From Macrostomum lignano (Eukaryota), in NCBI GenBank assembly GCA_002269645.1, contig NIVC01001796.1:1-23576 (forward strand): a stretch of DNA of 23,576 nucleotides. The letters run 5' to 3'. This document shows positions 7,509 to 16,500 of this stretch, one piece after another. Position 1 is the stretch's first letter, and every line of letters begins with the position of its first letter. The notes beneath the pieces are model-generated. The model searched no databases and was not told the origin of the DNA. It saw only the letters and a list, made by a program, of their open reading frames with translations. A program made the position numbers and the translations under genes.

Positions 7509-10500
7509 CTGCGGTGGAAATGCGGAGATTCTCAAGGACTGAGGCAGCTGATGAGACAGATTCTCAAGGACTGAGGCAGCGGAGAGGCAGATTCTCAAGG
7601 ACTGAGGCAGCGGAGAGGCAGATTCTCAAGGACTGAGGCAGCGGAGAGGCAGATTCTCAAGGACTGAGGCAGCGGAGAGGCAGATTCTCAAGGACTGAGG
7701 CAGCGGAGAGGCAGATTCTCAGGACTGAGGCAGCGGAGAGGCAGATTCTCAAGGACTGAGGCAGCGGAGAGGCAGATTCTCAAGGACTGAGGCAGCGGAG
7801 AGGCAGATTCTCAAGACTGAGGCAGCGGAGAGGCAGATTCTCAAGGACTGAGGCAGCGGAGAGGCAGATTCTCAAGGACTGAGGCAGCGGAGAGGCAGAT
7901 TCTCAAGGACTGAGGCAGCGGAGAGGCAGATTCTCAAGGACTGAGGCAGCGGAGAGGCAGATTCTCAAGGACTGAGGCAGCGGAGAGGCAGATTCTCAAG
8001 GACTGAGGCAGCGGAGAGGCAGATTCTCAAGGACTGAGGCAGCGGAGAGGCAGATTCTCAAGACTGAGGCAGCGGAGAGGCAGATTCTCAAGGACTGAGG
8101 CAGCGGAGAGGCAGATTCTCAAGGACTGAGGCAGCGGAGAGGCAGATTCTCAAGGACTGAGGCAGCGGAGAGGCAGATTCTCAAGGACTGAGGCAGCGGA
8201 GAGGCAGATTCTCAAGACTGAGGCAGCGGAGAGGCAGATTCTCAAGGACTGAGGCAGCGGAGAGGCAGATTCTCAAGGACTGAGGCAGCGGAGAGGCAGA
8301 TTCTCAAGGACTGAGGCAGCGGAGAGGCAGATTCTCAAGGACTGAGGCAGCGGAGAGGCAGATTCTCAAGGACTGAGGCAGCGGAGAGGCAGATTCTCAA
8401 GGACTGAGGCAGCGGAGAGGCAGATTCTCAAGGACTGAGGCAGCGGAGAGGCAGATTCTCAAGGACTGAGGCAGCGGAGAGGCAGATTCTCAAGGACTGA
8501 GGCAGCGGAGAGGCAGATTCTCAAGGACTGAGGCAGCGGAGAGGCAGATTCTCAAGGACTGAGGCAGCGGAGAGGCAGATTCTCAAGGACTGAGGCAGCG
8601 GAGAGGCAGATTCTCAAGGACTGAGGCAGCGGAGAGGCAGATTCTCAAGGACTGAGGCAGCGGAGAGGCAGATTCTCAAGGACTGAGGCAGTGGAGAGGC
8701 AGATTCTGAGGCTGCGGAGGCAGATTCTCAAGGACTGAGGCAGTGGAGAGGCATATTCTCAAGGACTGAGGCAGCGGAGAGGCAGATTCTGAGGCAGCAA
8801 ACATAAAAAGCTCACTTCTTGTCAATCTTCCGCCATCCCAATGCAATGCAAGACCTGTCGCGCAGGCTCGGCTGGGAAGCCGCCTGTAAAAAATAAAAAA
8901 TATGAAATTGCAGAGACAGACTAAACATTGGCATGACAAAAAAACTCAAAGAAATCGCAGTTACGAACCTCCCCTGTGGAGTCTTGCCGGTCAAGACGCT
9001 GACGATTTGGTTCCTCTTCAACTCCAACTCTGCGATGCAAGTGAATATGAATTATGAGCGCGCAATGGTTAACAGTCATTGAGCATGGTACACACAGTAT
9101 GCTCTTATGTACACTCAAATTCAGGACAGCTTGTGGAGGTGTTGACAGTCAGTTCTATTTGTACGCCCGTATTTGAAAACAAAGCAGAATGGGGTGTACC
9201 TGTGTACACCCTAACCTAGAACACGTTGAGTTGGCGATTTGCACCCCATAGCTAACTGACAGTTAAACTTAGGCGTCTTCTGAGCCTCTAAAAGTGTTCA
9301 AAGTGTGCTCAAGACGGCAGAAATCAATGATCTTAAATAGGTCGAGAGGTTCTGAACACAGAGCAGATGTTCTTGGATGGCTGATCTTTTAGTCCCATGA
9401 TCCTTGACCCCAGTGTACAGATGTATAAGTGTACAGATGTATAAGTGTACAGATGTATAAGTGTACAGATGTATAAGTGTACAGATGTATAAGTGTACAG
9501 ATGTATAAGTGTACAGATGTATAAGTGTACAGATGTATAATTGTACATATGTATAAGTGTACAGATGTATAAGTGTACAGATGTATAAGTGTACAGATGT
9601 TATAAGTGTACAGATGTTATAATTGTACAGATGTATAAGTGTACAGATGTATAAGTGTACAGATGTATAAGTGTACAGATGTTATAAGTGTACAGATGTA
9701 TAAGTGTACATATGTATAAGTGTACAGATGTATAATTGTACAGATTTTATGAGTGTACAGATGTATAAGTGTACAGGTGTATAAGTGTACAGATGTATAA
9801 GTGTACAGATGTTATAAGTGTACAGATGTATAAGTGTACATATGTATAAGTGTACAGATGTATAATTGTACAGATTTTATGAGTGTACAGATGTATAAGT
9901 GTACAGGTGTACAAGTGTAAAGATGTACAAGTGAACAAGTGTACAGGTGTACAAGTGTACAAGGTTTTTTCCAACGCCACCTGCAGGAAGTGACCGAGGG
10001 ACACGAGACTGCAAGCAGAAGGACCCCCCTGGCCGCAGGCTTACTCAATGTGCATCCACTGCAGCATCTGGGTGGCGAGGCCGCCGCACACCAGCACGGT
10101 GATCATGACCAGGATGAGAGTGGTAGAGAAGATGATCTTCCTGGCATCCGATGAGGTGTTCCGAATGGCCAGGGCGAACGCCATGGCGCCCCGCAGGCCG
10201 GAGAAGGCCAGCACGTGCATCCGGGACAGCCCGATGGCGCAGCCGCTGCGCCTGCGGCCAATATTGGCCAGGCCGCACAGGGGGTAGACGCACAGCACCC
10301 TGCCGATGATCATAGCCAGGAATCCCGCCACAATGAACACCGGGTCCCACAGGTGCGAGCTGTAGGTGAACACGCTGACCCCGATGTACACAAAGGTGAA
10401 ATTTTCAGCTAGAAAATTCAACAGGCCAAAGAATGACATTGTGGTGGCCTTGGACTCGTCAGACAGGTTGTTATAGGTGTAGTGCGCCTGGCAGATGCCG

Positions 10501-13500
10501 CAGAACAGCACGGCCACAATGCCGGTGCTCTTCACCGCCTCGGCCGCCAGGAAGGTGCTGTAGCTCATCAGCACGAACAGGCTGGTCTCCAGCAGCGGGT
10601 GCTCGCGGACCTGGGCAATGGGTGAGCCAGGCTTTGAATTTGAAATAGTAGAAACCCAGATAGTGGCCTCTGGAACCTGCTCATAATCAACTTTTCGGAT
10701 CCCGCATTTTTAAATCCCACAGGGATCAGTAGCCTGATTCTCCCGAAATCCTCACAGTGGGATCAGTAGCCTTATTCTCCCGAAATCCCTACAGTGGGAT
10801 CAGTAGCCTGATTCTCCCGAAATCCTCACAGTGGAATCAGTAGCCTGATTCTCCCGAAATCCTCACAGTGGGATCAGTAGCCTGATTCTCCCGAAATCCT
10901 CACAGTGGGATCAGTAGCCTGATTCTCCCGAAATCCTCACAGTGGGATCAGTAGCATGATTCTCACGAAATCCTCACAGTGGGATCAGTAGCATGATTCT
11001 CCCGAAATTCCTACAGTGGTATCAGTAGCATGATTCTCCCGAAATCCTCACAGTGGGATCAGTAGCCTGATTCTCCCGAAATCCTCACAGTGGGATCAGT
11101 AGCATGATTCTCCCGAAATTCCTACAGTGGGATCAGTAGCCTGATTCTCCCGAATTCCTCACAGTGGGATCAGTAGCCTGATTCTCCCGAAATCCTCACA
11201 GTGGGATCAGTAGCCTGATTCTCCCGAAATCCTCACAGTGGGATCAGTAGCCTGATTCTCCCGAAATCCTCACAGTGGGATCAGTAGCAGGATTCTCCCG
11301 AAATCCTCACAGTGGGATCAGTAGCATGATTCTCCCGAAATTCCTACAGTGGGATCAGTAGCCTGATTCTCCCGAATTCCTCACAGTGGGATCAGTAGCC
11401 TGATTCTCCCGAAATCCTCACAGTGGGATTAGTAGCCTGATTCTCCCGAAATCCTCACAGTGGGATCAGTAGCATGATTCTCTTGAAATCCCCACAGTGG
11501 AATCAGTAGCATGATTCTCCCGAAATCCCCACAGTGGAATCAGTAGCATTGTTCTCCCAAATCCTCAGTGGGATCAGTGATGACTCTTAAAGAAATCCCA
11601 CAGTGGGATCGGAAATGACTCTTATAGAAATCCCACAGTGGGATCAGTAGCCTTATTCTCCCGAAATCCTCACAGTGGGATCAGTAGCCTGATTCTCCCG
11701 AAATCCTACAGTGGGATCAGAGATGACTCTTCTCTTTCCAAAACGCTCACCCGAGACTCACCTGCGTGAACTTGGTGATGAGGGCGGTGAGGCAGCCCAG
11801 CAGGCAGCCGATGCCGATGGCGCCAAGGAACACCCCGGCGAAGCTGCCGATGGCCTTCAGCACGGAGATGGCGGCGGTCTCTCCGGCCGCCGCGGCCGAA
11901 CCGTAGGTCTCGATAGACTCGGACAGCACTATGGCAACGGCGTCGTTAAGGACGCTTTCGCCGAATACGAGAGCGTAGAGATCGGGCTCGACGCGGAGGT
12001 CGCTGAATATTGCCAGGACGGTGACTGGAAGGATGCGATGAAAACAAAGGCTTGCCTGACTTGACAGCACATCAGATGCCGATGGCAAAGAAGCGGTTTT
12101 AAAAATTCTCACCCGGATCGGTGGCCGATATGAAGGCGCCGAACAGGAGGCACTCGCTGAGGCTGACGATCGAGGCGAGCCTGGCGCTGGCCCGGCTGAT
12201 GCCGAATGTCACGCCGCTGCGGGAGTTCAACGGCGATTTGGGAGAACAGTTGGGATCTGGGATGAGGCAGACTCTATGGTAGGGGTTTGCAGAAGAGAGA
12301 TGGGAATGGGATAAGAGAAGGGATTAGAGAAAAGATAAATGAGGGAGAGAAGAGAGGAGGGAGAAGGGAAAAGAGAGCAGACAGAGGAGAGGGGAGAAAG
12401 AGAGCTTAGAAGAGACATAAACCTTGAGCAGGCCGGGCCGGATTGCTATTGTGAACTTTCAAAAGTCAGGAGGGTCGAAGTTTTCCAACCCCTGCTCTAT
12501 GGGGATCAGGGATGAGGGAGTCTATATGGGGATCAGGGATGAGGGTGTCTATATAGGGATCAGGAATGAGGGTTTCTATATGGGGATCAGGGATGATGGT
12601 GTCTATATGGGGATCAGGGATGATGGTGTCTATATGGGGATCAGGGATGAGGGAGTGTATATGGGGATCAGGGATGAGGAAGTGTATATGGGGATCAGGG
12701 ATGAGGGAGTGCATATGGGGATCAGGGATGAGGGAGTCTATATGGGGATCAGGAATGATGGTGTCTATATGGGGATCAGGGATGAGGGAGTGTATATGGG
12801 GATCAGGGATGAGGGAGTGCATATGGGGATCAGGGATGAGGGAGTCTATATGGGGATCAGGGATGAGGGAGTCTATATGGGGATCAGGGATGAGGGTGTC
12901 TATATGGGGATCAGGAATGATGGTGTCTATATGGGGATCAGGGATGATGGTGTCTATGTGGGGATCAGGAATGATGGTGTCTATATGGGGATCAGGGATG
13001 AGGGAGTGCATATGGGGATCAGGGATGAGGGAGTCTATATGGGGATCAGGGATGAGGGAGTGTATATGGGGATCAGGGATGAGGGAGTGCATATGGGGAT
13101 CAGGGATGAGGGAGTCTATATGGGGATCAGGGATGAGGGAGTGCATATTGGGATTAGGGATGAGGGAGTCTATATGGGTATCAGGGATGATGGTGTCTAT
13201 ATGGGGATCAGGAATGAGGGAGTATTGCAAATCTGGAGTCAATTTATGAAATCAAAGATGCAGTTCAAAAGTGACAGATCAGATGAAATCCAAGAAACAT
13301 GGGTTGCTGAACTCACCCGATAACAAAGCACGATATGGTGGTGCCAAGAAATGCCAGCATCAGAATCGAGCCAATATTGCGAAAGAAGTGTTTCTGGAAC
13401 AATAATGTGGGCTTTAAATTTATTGCTTGTAAAAGCTGTAAGCATAATCTGATCAATGACGTTTTGAAAGCCTCATAGTGGGATTGGGGTCATGCGATGG

Positions 13501-16500
13501 GATTTAAGGGACCTGCAAGCGTCGTGTCATGAAGGCACATTGGAAACATCATGAAGGCACATTGGGGACGTCATGAGGGCACATTGGAAACATCATGAAG
13601 GCACATTGGGGACGTCATGAAGGCACATTGGAAACATCATGAAGGCACATTGGGGACGTCATGAAGGCACATTGGAAACATCATGAAGGCACATTGGAAA
13701 CATCATGAAGGCACATTGGGGACGTCATGAAGGGACATTGGGAACGCCATGGAGATGGGGATGCATGGAGATTGGGGACGCCATCCTCACCCTCTTCATG
13801 CTGAAGCCGGCAAAGAAGATGATGGGTGGCAGTATGAAGTTGAAAAACACTTCGGGATTAAACGTCGCCTTCTCGTCTAAAATCGGGGCGTTGATATCGT
13901 TGCCATAGAGACGCCGCTTATAATCGTACTCGTAGATTTGCGATTCGTTCAGAACGGACATGTTGACGAGGACTTTCTCCGGCGGCAGCTTGTTAGACTG
14001 CTCGGGTGAGTCCTCGATAGAGATCATTGTGATGCTAGGCTGGTAGCTGGGAGAGCCGTAGCGAATGATAACGCCAACTATGAGACCTGGGTTGGAGATA
14101 GGACAGAGTGTACTTTAGTTTTGAATCATTAGCCATGATGGCTGGGTTCATTTTTTCGGAGTTTTTGGAGTTTTTTTCGGGTTCATTTTTGCATCCAGGT
14201 GCCAATTGCTAGGTGGCACCTGGATGCACCTGGATGGGGTTCAAAATTCACTTTTCATTTTTAATTTAATGCTAACTTTGTAAGTCTATCTGAGACTTTT
14301 TGTTAAGTAATTGTTAGTGATTCTCAATATTAATATAAACTATCCTATGCCATTAAGTTTGTATACAGTCCACCACTGTCATTAATTGAATTAGTAGAAA
14401 CAGAAATGATAAATTTCCATGTAATTCACGGCCTGCGAGCTCAGAGTGAATTTTATCTAGCATGGACAAGTGGAGAAAATTTGCAGCAAAAAAGTACCAG
14501 CTCTGAATTTGAATACCAGAAATTCATCTCCAAACTTTCTCGGCTGGCAACTTCAAGTACACACATGAGTCAATGAACAGTTATTTAACCTTTTTTTACA
14601 TATCTATAGTGAACATCCACTGCTTAAAAACCAACTGCTACGGCATGAAATATTGTGGGTTTAAGGAAAATCGATTCTTAATAGCAACGAGCATAGACAC
14701 CTGTTTGAGTTTTCACTTTACATACATAAATTTTGACCAAATAAGACCAATTTAGCAGTAAAGATTGGTTATGAGTACCAAAGTCTGGCAGGAACAAGTT
14801 TTGAAACTCGTTACTTTCAAATTATTAACGGTAGCAAAATACGGCTAGCCGAAACGCCAGATAAAAAATCCACCAGAAGATCTTCGAGTAAGGAACTGGA
14901 ACTGGTGCAGATAAAAGCGGACAATCCAACAAGCCGTCAGAGTTAACAAGCTAAGAACTGTCAATGAATGTCAAAAAAGATTCGCACCAGCGATACGCCC
15001 AATCGTGTGAACTCGACAGTCTTTTCTTTGATAGTCTATATATGCAAGTCTGATTTAAGATGCCATCTCCAATTAACAAAAACTCATAAGCCGACAGTAA
15101 CCGAATTCGAAGAGCGCAACTCCAGTAACAAGTAAGTTTCGTCGACAATAATTTCCATTCTTCCTTTTTAAAAATAAAACAAATCAATATTCTACTCTCT
15201 ACTCAATAAGTGGATAGTAGCACAGTAAGCGCAATATAACTATTTTGCATTCCAATTACTACGAATATTCACAGAATGAAGGCCGTCATTGCTCTTCTGT
15301 GCCTCGTGGCCGTGGCCTCCGCTGCATACACCCCCGCCCAGCGTGAGGAGGTCCTGGATGACCTCGTCCACGAGATTGTGCCCTTCCTGTCTGTGGACTG
15401 GAACTGCGTCAAGAACGCCGGCATCTCCAGCTCTATGTGCATCCTGAAGAACCTCATCAGCTGCGGCGTGGCCATCAAGCCGCCGCTCATCGCTGTCTGC
15501 CTGGTTGCCAGCTGCGGCGGAGACGCTGCCAAGCTGGCGTACTGCATCAAGCTGTGAAGCTGGCAATGCCCCTTACATTGCTTTAAAAATAGTCGACTAA
15601 ATATATATTAATTCGACAAGTACAGCTTATATTGCAGCTTTCGTCTTAGGCTTCTTTAATTATGATAACAATCGAAAATTCATGATGACAGACTAATAGC
15701 ATACAAATATCTCAATCTGAGCTACAATTTAGCTCGTAGTAAACCCTGAAAATGTTCAAATTTTCGGAGCTCATTTACGATGACTGATTAGTGCTCAATA
15801 AGTTCGCGAAAAAAACACTTTTAAAATATTCTGGCACTAATTTTTTTCCGCATATACCCCCATCTAATGAGACTTCTCAACGTAGTTTCCAGACAGATTG
15901 ATGCATTTCTTCATCTGATGAAACCAATGCTGTAAAACAGTCCCTCAATTTCACCTGAGCTCTGCTCTCAGCTCCTCTTCGAGCTCCTTGCGAGAGTCAA
16001 AGTGCTTTCCTTTGAGATTCTTCTTGATATCTTCGAGAAGAGGAAGAAGTCCGCTAAGAAGTCTTTGGCCGCTCCTGACATAACAAAATGGGAAGAGGTG
16101 AAAGCAATGAACAAGAACACGGTCATGCCAAGGGACCAAACAGGACGGCAAACAGAGAACAGATACTGCACCATCTGCAACAGAGAGTTCAAGACTCACA
16201 CGGGACTGAAGATACACAACACCAGGATGCATCGAGAACAGAGACAAGAGGAGAAGAAGTTCCCAAGATGCGGAGACATCCTAAACAACAAGGCCAGCGA
16301 GACGAACCACCTTTAGATCTGTAAAGGCGCCCTGAAAGGGACATGCCCGTACTGTCTCCAGCCCAGGAGCGCCAGCAACATGGCGAGGCACATACGCAAC
16401 TGTGCGCAGTACAATGACCTACAAACAGGGTACCAACAAGAAGAAGAGGACCAAGACGCCTACACGACGGACAGGCCTGAACCAACCGACGCACCGAGAA

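Noticed and set aside
9333-10048. His/Tyr/Thr/Cys-rich ORFs ([16 protein letters not shown])n
   Set aside because: Translations of the 16-bp minisatellite.
11745-11761. Second donor-like GTGAGC 11 nt past the exon 5 donor
   Set aside because: Use would frameshift the transporter mid-membrane domain; the proximal CAG|GTGAGT is a better consensus match.
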